A stretch of DNA of 64,000 bases, taken from the IMG/VR virus record IMGVR_UViG_3300013005_000037, positions 1-64,000 of that record. One strand, 5' to 3'. The stretch comes from a virus. Its lineage: Duplodnaviria > Caudoviricetes. Position 1 is the first letter of the stretch. Each line of letters starts with the position of its first letter. Made by a program: the position numbers and the translations under genes. Below, in pieces: positions 47,380 to 57,215 of the stretch. The notes under the pieces were generated by a model, which was not told the origin of the DNA, made no database searches, and was given only the letters and a program-made list of their open reading frames with translations.

Positions 47380-50300
47380 ATGGGAAATGTAACCAAATCA
47401 CAACAAAATAATATTACAAGTCCAAACGGTAACAGTTTGGCAGTTTTTGTCGAGGGAACTACTGGAGTAATGAAAGTGAAAGATGTGATGGGGAACATTC
47501 AACCATTATCTGATTTTGTTAGTGGTGGTGGTGGTGGTTCTAGTCCTTTTAAATATGCTACTTGTAACCCTACTGGAATTGTGCCTTGTTTGGGTAATAA
47601 TTCTGCTTTTGGTGGTTATTCAACGGTTGCTGGTGGTCAAGTTAATTCTGCTACTGGTTACATTTCTTTTATTGGAGGGGGTCAAATTAATTCTGCTAGT
47701 GGTAATAGTTCAACAATTAGTGGTGGTTATTGTAATACTGCTTCTAATTGTGGCTCAACAATTGGAGGAGGAGGTGTCAACACTGCTTCTGGAATTAGTT
47801 CAACAGTCGGAGGTGGTATATTAAATACTGCTTCTGCTCTTTCTTCAACAATTAGCGGCGGTCAAGAGAATACCGCATCTGCTCCAACTTCAACAATAGG
47901 AGGTGGTTTTTATAATACTGCTTCTAATTATGGTGCGACTGTTGGTGGAGGTTATTGTAATACTGCTTCTGGAGCTTGTTCAACAGTTGGTGGCGGTCAA
48001 GGTAATAGTGCTTCTGATTGCTATTCAACAGTAGGTGGTGGTGGGTATAATACTGCTTCTAATGATTATTCAACAGTTAGTGGTGGTTTTTTAAATACTG
48101 CTTCTGGAGCTAGTGCAACAATTGGAGGGGGTAGTGATAATACCGTTTCTGGATTTTATTCAACAATTGGTGGTGGTCGATTTAATACTACTTCTGGGTG
48201 TGCTTCAACAATTGGAGGAGGTCTTTGTAATACTGCTTCTGCAAGTTATGCAACAGTTGGTGGTGGTCAAGGTAATAGTGCTAATTATAGTCATTCAACA
48301 GTTGGTGGTGGTCTTAATAATACTGCTTCTCAATATACTTCAACAATTGGTGGCGGTTATTGTAATATTTCATCAAATTCGTATTCAGTAGTTGGTGGGG
48401 GTAGTTGTAATATTGCTTCTGGAAGTGGCTCAACAATTAGTGGTGGTTGTGCTAATATTTCATCAAATGCCTATTCATCGGTTGGGGGTGGTCGTCAAAA
48501 TACTGCTAGTGGTACTCGTTCAACAATTGGAGGTGGATATATTAACATTGCTTCTGGAAGTATTTCAACAGTTGGAGGGGGGTGTTGTAACAATGCTTCT
48601 GATTGCTATTCAACAGTAGGTGGTGGTGTTTTTAATACTGCTTCTTGTTATTTTTCAACAATAGGAGGAGGTGCTAATAATACTGCTTCTGGAGCTAGTG
48701 CAACAATTGGAGGGGGTCAAGATAATACCGTTTCTGGATTTTATTCAACAATTGGTGGTGGTCGATTTAATACTACTTCTGCAACATATTCAACAGTTGG
48801 AGCTGGTAATTGCAACATAACAAATTCAAGATATTCTTTTATTGGTGGAGGTCAAAGAAATGTAATTCAATCGCCAACAGACGAATGTTGCTCTTTTGGT
48901 GCTACAATTGGAGGAGGAATAGGAAATAATACTAATGGTGGTTATTTTGATAATATTACTGGGAATTTAGGTGGTTCAATCACTTGTTGTAATGCTGGTA
49001 GATTATCTACAATTGGAGGTGGTTTGAGAAACTGCGCTACTGGTTATCTTTCAACAGTTGGAGGTGGTCAATGTAATACTGCTTCTTGCACTTTTTCAAC
49101 AATTGGTGGTGGTTTTACAAATATTGCTTCTAGTTTTTATTCAACAATTAGCGGTGGTAAAATTAATATTGCTTCGGGAGATAATTCAGCAATTGGGGGT
49201 GGTTCAAATAATACTGCGGGTGGATTAGTAGCTACAATTGGAGGGGGTAATTTAAACACTGCTAGTGGTGTTAATTCATTTATTGGTGGTGGTAGCCAAA
49301 ATACTACTTCTGGTAGTTATTCAACAACTACTGGCGGATACTGTAATATTACTTCTGGAGATTATTCCATAATAGGAGGGGGTACTTATAATATTGTATC
49401 TGGGAATACATCTACAATAGGTGGAGGTAGTACTAATATTGCTTGTGGAATTTCTTCTACAATTGGGGGTGGAAACAGTAACACAACAAATTGCAACGCT
49501 TCTACAATTGGAGGAGGTTTTTGCAATACTGCTAACTGTGATTCATCAACTATTGCTGGAGGAGCTTATAATTTATCTTGTAAAAACGCATCATTTGTTG
49601 GGGGTGGATGTTTTAATTCATCAACTGGCGACAGAACTGTTATTGGAGGAGGATTTTGCAATACTGCTAGTGGTAATTGTTCAACAATTGGTGGTGGTTG
49701 TAGTAACATTGCTTCTGGTTATCATACTGCTATTCTTGGAGGGTGTAATAATGATACTTGTGGTTTTGCAAACTCAATGATTATAGGTTCTAATTTATGT
49801 GCTACCCAAACGTGTACTACATTTATGAATTGTGCATCGGTAGATAATTTGACACAAGGTTCTTTGGTTTGTGTAGGAGCTAATAAAGTTCTTGAAGATT
49901 CATTATTAAATGTAAGTACAATTAATAGTGGATTATTTGCTCAAACAACAGATAGTGCGCCAGTAACCGCAACTGCGGTTGAAACTTCTATAATAGGCGT
50001 TGGAGTTGGTACATTAAGCGTTCCAGCAAATGCGTTTACTATCGGAAATAGTTTTGTTGCAAGATTAGATGGTGTTATTTCGGCAGTAGGAACTGCTACT
50101 TTAGATATAAAAATAAAAACATTATCTGGTGCGTTACTTGCTGATACTGGAGCAATTGCTATGGATGCAACAACCGCAAAATCTTGGACTTTAGATATAG
50201 AATTCACAGTAAGAACTTTAGGCGGAGTTGGAGTAGCTTCTATTTCTTCTGGTGGATTATTTTCGTATATTAAAAATTCTGGACTTAATTTTGAAGGATA

Positions 50301-50436
50301 TGTATTAAGTACTGTTAACTCAACTACTTTTGATACTACAATCAATAACACATTAGTTATAACCGCACAATGGAATACAAATAATGCTGGTAATTCAATA
50401 TTGTCAAGAAATTTTGTCTTATTTAAAGTATATTAA
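47380..50436 (+). CDS. Cys-rich Gly-Gly repeat fibre/adhesin 1
   Basis: Dozens of 14-aa repeats xxST[IV]GGGxxNTAS (YadA-head-like beta-roll), distinct C-terminal beta domain. Confidence 0.8.
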   Translation: MGNVTKSQQNNITSPNGNSLAVFVEGTTGVMKVKDVMGNIQPLSDFVSGGGGGSSPFKYATCNPTGIVPCLGNNSAFGGYSTVAGGQVNSATGYISFIGGGQINSASGNSSTISGGYCNTASNCGSTIGGGGVNTASGISSTVGGGILNTASALSSTISGGQENTASAPTSTIGGGFYNTASNYGATVGGGYCNTASGACSTVGGGQGNSASDCYSTVGGGGYNTASNDYSTVSGGFLNTASGASATIGGGSDNTVSGFYSTIGGGRFNTTSGCASTIGGGLCNTASASYATVGGGQGNSANYSHSTVGGGLNNTASQYTSTIGGGYCNISSNSYSVVGGGSCNIASGSGSTISGGCANISSNAYSSVGGGRQNTASGTRSTIGGGYINIASGSISTVGGGCCNNASDCYSTVGGGVFNTASCYFSTIGGGANNTASGASATIGGGQDNTVSGFYSTIGGGRFNTTSATYSTVGAGNCNITNSRYSFIGGGQRNVIQSPTDECCSFGATIGGGIGNNTNGGYFDNITGNLGGSITCCNAGRLSTIGGGLRNCATGYLSTVGGGQCNTASCTFSTIGGGFTNIASSFYSTISGGKINIASGDNSAIGGGSNNTAGGLVATIGGGNLNTASGVNSFIGGGSQNTTSGSYSTTTGGYCNITSGDYSIIGGGTYNIVSGNTSTIGGGSTNIACGISSTIGGGNSNTTNCNASTIGGGFCNTANCDSSTIAGGAYNLSCKNASFVGGGCFNSSTGDRTVIGGGFCNTASGNCSTIGGGCSNIASGYHTAILGGCNNDTCGFANSMIIGSNLCATQTCTTFMNCASVDNLTQGSLVCVGANKVLEDSLLNVSTINSGLFAQTTDSAPVTATAVETSIIGVGVGTLSVPANAFTIGNSFVARLDGVISAVGTATLDIKIKTLSGALLADTGAIAMDATTAKSWTLDIEFTVRTLGGVGVASISSGGLFSYIKNSGLNFEGYVLSTVNSTTFDTTINNTLVITAQWNTNNAGNSILSRNFVLFKVY

Positions 50437-50447
50437 AAAATAAAATA

Positions 50448-53060
50448 ATGGGAAACGTAACTACATCTAGTCAAAATAATATTACAAGTCCAAACGGTAA
50501 CAGTTTGGCAGTTTTTGTCGAAGGAACTACTGGCGTAATGAAGGTAAAAGATGTAATGGGTAATATACAACCTATTTCGGATTTTGTCGGAGGAGGTTCA
50601 ACTAGTCCATTAGAGTATAATGCTAATGCAACTGGTATTCAACCAGTTTTAGGAACAAATGATGCTTCTGGAATTGCTTCAACAATTGGGGGTGGTAGTT
50701 TTAATACTGCTTCTGCTGTTTCTTCAACAATTAGCGGTGGTCAAAATAATAATGCTTCTGCTTGTAATTCAACAATTGGAGGTGGTTATTGTAATACTGC
50801 TTCTTTATCTGATTCAACAGTTGGTGGTGGTAGGTTAAACACTGCTTCTGGATATAGTTCAACGGTTGGTGGTGGTGGTCAAAACACTGCTTCTGCAATA
50901 TATTCAACGGTTGGTGGTGGTTATTGTAATACTGCATCTTCGGAATGTTCAACAATTGGAGGTGGTACTAATAATACCGCTTCTAGTTTTAATTCAACAA
51001 TTGGTGGTGGTTGTTGTAATACTGCTTCTGGTTGTTATGCAACAATTGGAGGTGGGTTTTGTAACACTGCTTCTAATACTCGTTCAACAATTGGAGGTGG
51101 TGCTAATAATATTGCTTCAAATATTGCTTCAACAGTTGGAGGTGGTGTTACTAATACTGCTTCAAATATTAGCTCAACAGTTGGAGGTGGTTTTCAAAAT
51201 ATTGCTTCTGCTACTTATTCAACAATTAGTGGTGGTTGTTCAAATACCGCTTCTGCAACCAATTCAACCGTAGGAGCTGGTTGTTGCAATATAACAAATT
51301 CAAGGTTTTCAGTAATATCTGGAGGTCAAAGAAATATAATTCAATCGCCTACAAACGAGTGTTGTTCTTTTGGAGTTACAATTGGAGGTGGTATAGGTCA
51401 TAATACAACTGGTGGTACATTAAACGCTACTACTGGAGATTTAACTGGTGCAATTACTTGTTGTAATGCTGGTAGATTATCTACAATTGGAGGTGGTTTG
51501 AGAAACTGCGCTACTGGCAATTGTTCAACAATTGGAGGTGGTAATAATAATAATGCTTCTGGTAATTATTCAACAATTGGTGGTGGTCAATTTAATACCG
51601 CTTCTTGTATTCGTACAACAATAGGTGGTGGTTTTTCTAACACTGCTTTTGGTAATAGTTCAACAATTGGAGGTGGTTATTGTAACACTGCTTCATTGAA
51701 TTTTTCAACCGTTGGTGGAGGACAATGTAATACTGCTTCTGGCGGTGTTTCAACAATAGGTGGTGGTTATAGAAATACTGCTTCTGGAGCTTGTTCAACA
51801 GTTGGAGGTGGTCAATGTAATACTGCTTCTAGTAATTATTCAACAATTAGTGGTGGGCAACAAAATAATGCTGGTGGTAATTTGTCTTTTATTGGAGGTG
51901 GTTCTTCAAATGTAATTAATGGACAATATTCATCTGGTACAGTTATTTCTGGCGGATGTGCTAATTCAATAGGGTCTTACAATTCAGTCGGCACAATTGG
52001 TGGTGGTAGAAATAATTGTTTAAATGGGTATATTGGTGGTTCAACAATTAGCGGTGGTCAATACAATACTGTTTCTGCTTCTGGCTCAACAATTGGAGGA
52101 GGTGGCTCAAATATTGCTGGTTATTCCGCTGGTAACATTGCTTCTGGAATTGCTTCAACAATTGGCGGTGGTTATTTTAACGTTACTTCTGGCGGTGGTT
52201 CAACAATAGGTGGTGGAGCTATTAATTCTTCATCTTATATTTTTTCAACAATAAGTGGTGGGAAGTGTAACATTTCTTCTAATTCTTATTCAACAGTTAG
52301 CGGAGGTTATTGTAATACTGCTTCTGGAGATAAGTCAACAGTAGGAGGTGGTCAATCTAATACTGCTAATGGTAATTGTTCAACAATTGGAGGTGGTTGT
52401 TTAAATATTGCTTCTTTTAATTTTTCAACAATTGGCGGTGGTGCTTATAATAATGCTTCTAATTATCATTCAACTATTGGGGGTGGAGCGTTTAACGTAT
52501 CTTCGAGTAAAACATCAACTATTGGGGGTGGTTCTTATAACACTGCGTCTGGACTTGTTTCAACAATTGGAGGGGGTGGTAAATATTTCAATAATGGTGG
52601 GTGGTATGGTTATGGTAATACTGCTTCAGGTTGTGCTTCTACAATTGGAGGAGGTCAAGGTAACACTGCTTCTAATTATTTTTCAACAATTGGAGGAGGT
52701 TGTGCTAACATTGTATCTGGTAGTCGTTCAACAGTTGGGGGAGGTCAAGGTAACACTGCTTCTAATTATTTTTCAACAATTGGAGGAGGTTGTGGTAATA
52801 CTGCTTCTGGTAGTCGTTCAACAGTTGGGGGTGGTAATGCTAATACCGCTTCTGGTGCTTATTCTGGAATATTAGGAGGACAATATAACACCACAAATAC
52901 TTGTGCTTGTGCAATGATTGTAGGTTCAAATATAACTGCTGATAGAGCTTGTACTACATTTGTAAATAATCTTTCGATTAAAAACATTCCAACTGCTAGT
53001 GCTGGTTTACCAAGTGGGTCAATATATAGAATTGGAAACGCAGTTTGTATAGTTATATAA
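50448..53060 (+). CDS. Cys-rich Gly-Gly repeat fibre/adhesin 2
   Basis: Same repeats; N-terminus nearly identical to fibre 1, C-terminus nearly identical to fibre 3. Confidence 0.8.
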   Translation: MGNVTTSSQNNITSPNGNSLAVFVEGTTGVMKVKDVMGNIQPISDFVGGGSTSPLEYNANATGIQPVLGTNDASGIASTIGGGSFNTASAVSSTISGGQNNNASACNSTIGGGYCNTASLSDSTVGGGRLNTASGYSSTVGGGGQNTASAIYSTVGGGYCNTASSECSTIGGGTNNTASSFNSTIGGGCCNTASGCYATIGGGFCNTASNTRSTIGGGANNIASNIASTVGGGVTNTASNISSTVGGGFQNIASATYSTISGGCSNTASATNSTVGAGCCNITNSRFSVISGGQRNIIQSPTNECCSFGVTIGGGIGHNTTGGTLNATTGDLTGAITCCNAGRLSTIGGGLRNCATGNCSTIGGGNNNNASGNYSTIGGGQFNTASCIRTTIGGGFSNTAFGNSSTIGGGYCNTASLNFSTVGGGQCNTASGGVSTIGGGYRNTASGACSTVGGGQCNTASSNYSTISGGQQNNAGGNLSFIGGGSSNVINGQYSSGTVISGGCANSIGSYNSVGTIGGGRNNCLNGYIGGSTISGGQYNTVSASGSTIGGGGSNIAGYSAGNIASGIASTIGGGYFNVTSGGGSTIGGGAINSSSYIFSTISGGKCNISSNSYSTVSGGYCNTASGDKSTVGGGQSNTANGNCSTIGGGCLNIASFNFSTIGGGAYNNASNYHSTIGGGAFNVSSSKTSTIGGGSYNTASGLVSTIGGGGKYFNNGGWYGYGNTASGCASTIGGGQGNTASNYFSTIGGGCANIVSGSRSTVGGGQGNTASNYFSTIGGGCGNTASGSRSTVGGGNANTASGAYSGILGGQYNTTNTCACAMIVGSNITADRACTTFVNNLSIKNIPTASAGLPSGSIYRIGNAVCIVI

Positions 53061-53072
53061 AAATAAAATATT

Positions 53073-53333
53073 ATGAATAAATTAGAAATAGTTGTCGGAA
53101 GTTTACAAATATCAAAAGATGGTGTAATAATACTTGTTATACCAAAAGATGCGTGTGCTATTGATACATTAGCTTTAGCAAATGCAACGCCTACTGCTTT
53201 AATTTTTAATAAATATTTGGCTAACTTTACACCAGTATTTAATACACCTTTGTCAAGTTGTGTAGATTCAACTAATACTGTGTTTACACCAAGTACGTTT
53301 ATAGCTTTTGCGGAAGCTAATTTAGGATTTTAA
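53073..53333 (+). CDS. Stand-alone paralog of the fibre 3 N-terminal domain
   Basis: KLEIVxGSLQIS...CAID...FAEANLGF aligns end to end. Confidence 0.85.
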   Translation: MNKLEIVVGSLQISKDGVIILVIPKDACAIDTLALANATPTALIFNKYLANFTPVFNTPLSSCVDSTNTVFTPSTFIAFAEANLGF

Positions 53334-53344
53334 AAAAAAAGATT

Positions 53345-55375
53345 ATGATAAAATTAGAAATAGTAACTGGGAGTTTGCAAATATCAAACGGAGGTTCTGT
53401 AATATTAGTAGCACCGAAAAATTCGTGTGCAATTGATGTTTTAGCTGTATATGATGCAATACCGTTTATAGTTATATACAATAAGTATTTAGGAAACTCA
53501 ACAGTTGTTTTCAATCAGCCTTTAGCTAATTGTGAAGATAGCACTGGAACACCATTTACAGTAAATACATTTATTGACTTTGCGGAAGCAAATTTAGGAT
53601 TTGATGCTGGTGGCGGTGGCGGAGGAAGTTCTCCATTTGAGTATAATGCTAATGTAACTGGTATTCAACCAGTTTTAGGAACAAATGATGCTTCTGGAAC
53701 TTATGCTACAATTGGAGGAGGTTATTGTAATATTGCATCTTCAAGTTGTTCAACAATTGGTGGTGGTAGAAGTAATAGTGCTTCTAATAGTGATTCAACT
53801 GTTGGTGGTGGTTTTGCTAATGTTGCTTCAAGTTATTGTTCAACAATTGGTGGGGGCGTATCAAATACTGCTTCTGGTTATAGTTCAACAATTGGTGGTG
53901 GTGGTGGTAATACTTCTAGTGGTAATTGTTCAATAATTGGTGGGGGCGTATCAAATACTGCTTCTGGTTATAGTTCAACAATTAGTGGGGGTTATAGTAA
54001 TAATGCTTCTGGAGCTAGGTCAACAATTGGCGGTGGTTATTCAAATATTGCTTCTTGTCTTTCTTCAACAATTAGTGGTGGGGGTTGTAATACTGCTTCT
54101 GGTTGTTGTTCAACAGTTAGTGGCGGTCACAGTAACGTTGCTTCTGGTATTACTTCAATTATTGGTGGTGGAAATTGTAATACTGCTTCTAATATTTCTT
54201 CAACAATAGGTGGTGGTAGTTTTAATATTGCTTCAAATATTGGTTCAACAGTTGGTGGTGGTCAAAGTAACACTGCTTCTAATATTTTTTCAACAGTTGG
54301 GGGTGGTGGTGGTAATATTGCTTCAAATTATTTTTCAACAGTTAGTGGTGGTTATTGTAATTATGCTTCTGGAAGTAAAGCTATAATTGGCGGTGGTCAA
54401 AGTAACAGTGCTTCTAGTTTTTATTCAACAATTGGTGGGGGTCTTTGTAACACTGCTTCTAATGTTCATTCAATAATTGGTGGTGGTCTTTGTAACACTG
54501 CTTCTTCTTGCTATTCAACAGTTGGAGGTGGATGGTGTAATACAACAAATGCAAGATTTTCTACAATCAATGGAGGTCAAAGAAATATAATTCAATCGCC
54601 TACAAACGAGTGTTGTTCTCTTGGAGTTACAATTGGAGGTGGTATAGGTCATAATACAACTGGTGGTACATTAAACGCTACTACTGGAGATTTAACTGGT
54701 GCAATTACTTGTTGTAATGCTGGAAAACTATCTACTATTGGTGGTGGTTTTAGAAACTGTGCTACGGGTGTGACTTCAACAGTTGGGGGAGGTAATCTTA
54801 ACTTTGCTTCTGGTGGTTTATCAACTATTGGTGGGGGTAATGGTAACTTTGCTTCTGGTGGTTTTTCAACAATTGGGGGAGGTAATCAAAATATCGCTTC
54901 TAGTGCTATGTCAACTATTGGTGGAGGTAATTTAAATCAATCTTCTGGTTGTTATTCAACAATTGGAGGAGGTTATGTGAACATTTCATCTGGTGCTTAT
55001 TCAACAGTTGGTGGTGGTTATAATAATACTGCTTCTGGTGCTTGTTCAATAGTTGCTGGTGGTAAAGTAAATGTTGCTTCTGGTATTTACTCAACAGTTG
55101 GAGGTGGTTATAGTAATATTGCTTCTGGTTCTACTTCAACAATTGGTGGTGGTTTTCAAAATACTGCTTCTGGTTATCGGTCTGCAATATTAGGTGGATT
55201 TAGCAACACAACAAATTCTTGTGCTTGTGCAATGATTGTCGGTAGTAATATAACTGCGGACAGAGTATGTGCTACATTTGTAAATAACTTATCAATTAAA
55301 AACATTCCAACTGCTAGTGCTGGTTTACCAAGTGGGTCAGTTTGGAAAAATGGAAATGTATTAAATATAGTTTAA
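53345..55375 (+). CDS. Cys-rich Gly-Gly repeat fibre/adhesin 3
   Basis: Same repeats; C-terminal NLPTxxAGLPSGSxW-type tail. Confidence 0.8.
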   Translation: MIKLEIVTGSLQISNGGSVILVAPKNSCAIDVLAVYDAIPFIVIYNKYLGNSTVVFNQPLANCEDSTGTPFTVNTFIDFAEANLGFDAGGGGGGSSPFEYNANVTGIQPVLGTNDASGTYATIGGGYCNIASSSCSTIGGGRSNSASNSDSTVGGGFANVASSYCSTIGGGVSNTASGYSSTIGGGGGNTSSGNCSIIGGGVSNTASGYSSTISGGYSNNASGARSTIGGGYSNIASCLSSTISGGGCNTASGCCSTVSGGHSNVASGITSIIGGGNCNTASNISSTIGGGSFNIASNIGSTVGGGQSNTASNIFSTVGGGGGNIASNYFSTVSGGYCNYASGSKAIIGGGQSNSASSFYSTIGGGLCNTASNVHSIIGGGLCNTASSCYSTVGGGWCNTTNARFSTINGGQRNIIQSPTNECCSLGVTIGGGIGHNTTGGTLNATTGDLTGAITCCNAGKLSTIGGGFRNCATGVTSTVGGGNLNFASGGLSTIGGGNGNFASGGFSTIGGGNQNIASSAMSTIGGGNLNQSSGCYSTIGGGYVNISSGAYSTVGGGYNNTASGACSIVAGGKVNVASGIYSTVGGGYSNIASGSTSTIGGGFQNTASGYRSAILGGFSNTTNSCACAMIVGSNITADRVCATFVNNLSIKNIPTASAGLPSGSVWKNGNVLNIV

Positions 55376-55404
55376 TAATAAATAATAAAACCGAAATACT
55401 TTTT

Positions 55405-55412
55405 TATATTTG
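55405..55412 (+). promoter_or_regulatory. -7 promoter box
   Basis: TATATTTG. Confidence 0.7.
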
Positions 55413-55448
55413 TGTTTCAAAAAATAAATAATTTAAAAATAAAATAAA

Positions 55449-55775
55449 ATGGAAAATTTCACAATTCACATCTTCGGTTATGGAGAAACACAAATCAACT
55501 CAAAAGATTTATCTGTAAAAGTTGCTACTGACACATTAACAACTGTAACGCCTTTAGTTGCTGGTATATTTGCTAAAAAACCAGCAGACAACCCAACACT
55601 AATTACAGAATTTCACGCAATTAACCTTTTTGGTTATAATGATGTTCGTTGGCAAGTAAAAGACAATAGTTTTAATGTTAAAGACGATGCAGACTTAAAA
55701 CCTCTTATTGATGCTTTAATAGCCGAACTTCAAGTTGCAAAAGACAATCAACCCCTAGTTGCTCCAACCGAATAA
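55449..55775 (+). CDS. Hypothetical protein, probably highly expressed
   Basis: Own promoter; TTC/CAC/ATC/AAC/CGT codon bias. Confidence 0.75.
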   Translation: MENFTIHIFGYGETQINSKDLSVKVATDTLTTVTPLVAGIFAKKPADNPTLITEFHAINLFGYNDVRWQVKDNSFNVKDDADLKPLIDALIAELQVAKDNQPLVAPTE

Positions 55776-55788
55776 ACAGAAAAAAATT

Positions 55789-55847
55789 AGTCAATGCTCG
55801 GTAAATCCTCTTTGTTAATTCAAATGAAACCGAGTGAAAGGCTTTTT
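55789..55847 (+). other. Intergenic nested hairpin (attenuator or cis-regulatory RNA candidate)
   Basis: AGTC/GGCT, GCTCGGT/ACCGAGT and TTTG/CAAA pairings followed by a T-run. Confidence 0.4.
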
Positions 55848-55869
55848 AACCAAGTAACAAAAAACAACT

Positions 55870-56688
55870 ATGAAAAAGATTTTTTTTAATTCTTCTTTGC
55901 CAAGAGCTGGTTCAACACTCTTGTCAAATTTAATTGCTCAAAACCCAGACTTTTATTGTACCCCTACCTCTGGATTAGGCGATTTAGTATTAAATGCTAA
56001 AAACACTTATGCTCATTCCCAAGCTATATTGTCGCAAGACAAAGAAGCTATGGAAAGAGCATTTTTAGGTTTTTGTAGAGCTGGTATGCAAGGTTTCTTT
56101 AATAACCTTACACCAAAACAATTTATTGTAGATAAAAGCAGAGATTGGGGTATTCACTATAACTTATTGAATATGCTAAACGAAAATCCTAAAATCGTTT
56201 GTATGGTTAGAGATGTTAGGTCGGTTTATTCTTCAATGGAAAAAAACTTTCGTAAAAACCCACATAGAGAAAGTCATATTCAAAACGCACCTCAATTAGT
56301 TGGTACTACATTAGACAAAAGAATAAATATTTGGGCAGATGGAGTTCCAGTAGGTGTTTCAATGGACAGATTAAAGGATTGTATTCAGCAAGGTATAGCA
56401 AAAAAAATGTTGTTTATACGTTATGAAGATTTAATGCAAAATCCAGAAAACGAAATGAAGCGTTTATACGAGTATTTTGAGTTGCCTTACTACGAAGCAC
56501 ACGATTTTCAAAATATAGCTCAATTAACCCACGAAAACGACCTTATTCACGGAATTTATGGCGACCATACGTTAAGAGATAAGTTTGAAATGAAGCCAGA
56601 TGATTATCAAGAAATATTAGGATATGAATTATCAAACAGTATAAAAAATACTTATAAATGGTTTTATGATTATTTTGGTTACGTTTAA
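55870..56688 (+). CDS. PAPS-dependent sulfotransferase (Sulfotransfer_3-like)
   Basis: SLPRAGSTLL (5-prime PSB loop), DKSR, MVRDVRSVYSS (3-prime PB), IRYEDL. Confidence 0.9.
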   Translation: MKKIFFNSSLPRAGSTLLSNLIAQNPDFYCTPTSGLGDLVLNAKNTYAHSQAILSQDKEAMERAFLGFCRAGMQGFFNNLTPKQFIVDKSRDWGIHYNLLNMLNENPKIVCMVRDVRSVYSSMEKNFRKNPHRESHIQNAPQLVGTTLDKRINIWADGVPVGVSMDRLKDCIQQGIAKKMLFIRYEDLMQNPENEMKRLYEYFELPYYEAHDFQNIAQLTHENDLIHGIYGDHTLRDKFEMKPDDYQEILGYELSNSIKNTYKWFYDYFGYV

Positions 56689-56696
56689 AATTTTAT

Positions 56697-56704
56697 TATA
56701 TTTG
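56697..56704 (+). promoter_or_regulatory. -7 promoter box
   Basis: TATATTTG. Confidence 0.7.
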
Positions 56705-56710
56705 AACCGA

Positions 56711-56735
56711 GAAACTTTAAAATAACAACAAAATG
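56711..56735 (+). repeat. 25-nt exact direct repeat, copy 2
   Basis: Identical to 46621-46645. Confidence 0.95.
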
Positions 56736-57215
56736 ATTTACAATTTAATCGGACAACCTCATTCTGGAAAAACTACTTTAGCAATACATTTAAAAACTGT
56801 TTTAGATTTAAACAATCCTAATCGAAAAGCATTTATAATTGATGGAGATTTTTTGCGTAAAATACTAAACAATAAAGACTATTCAGAAAATGGTCGTAGA
56901 GATAACGTTAGTAAAGCATACGCTATTGCAAAATATTTAGATTCAGATGATTCTCACGATGTAATCATAGCGGTAATTTCTCCTTTTTTAGATTTGAGAG
57001 AAGAATTTAAACTTACTGCCGATGTAATTGAAATTTATATCCATACAAAAAATATTAGAGGTAGAGAAAAATTCCACGTTGAAAATTTTGAAAAACCAGA
57101 AATGGACTTTATTGAAATTGACACAACCGATATTGACGAATTAAGCTCATTAAACGAACTCATAGAAAAAATTCAATCAAAAAAACATATAGACAATGGA
57201 ATTGATAAAGAATAG
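56733..57215 (+). CDS. cysC: Adenylyl-sulfate (APS) kinase
   Basis: GQPHSGKTT, IDGDFLR, DYSENGRRDN, AVISPF, FEKP. Confidence 0.88.
   Translation: MIYNLIGQPHSGKTTLAIHLKTVLDLNNPNRKAFIIDGDFLRKILNNKDYSENGRRDNVSKAYAIAKYLDSDDSHDVIIAVISPFLDLREEFKLTADVIEIYIHTKNIRGREKFHVENFEKPEMDFIEIDTTDIDELSSLNELIEKIQSKKHIDNGIDKE

Noticed and set aside
47516-54209. Several + strand alternative-frame ORFs rich in Leu/Val/Gln inside the fibre genes
   Set aside because: Frame-shifted read-outs of the 42-nt repeat; low complexity and no independent start context
47380-55375. Possible diversity-generating retroelement template/variable repeat pair (152-nt near-identical block)
   Set aside because: No reverse transcriptase in the window; the single mismatch is T/C rather than adenine-specific, and both copies are mid-gene
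47380-55375. GGG runs in fibre repeats as further hydrophobic-x-x-GG processing sites
   Set aside because: They are structural turns of the periodic beta-roll (ST[IV]GGG) and do not match the motif context
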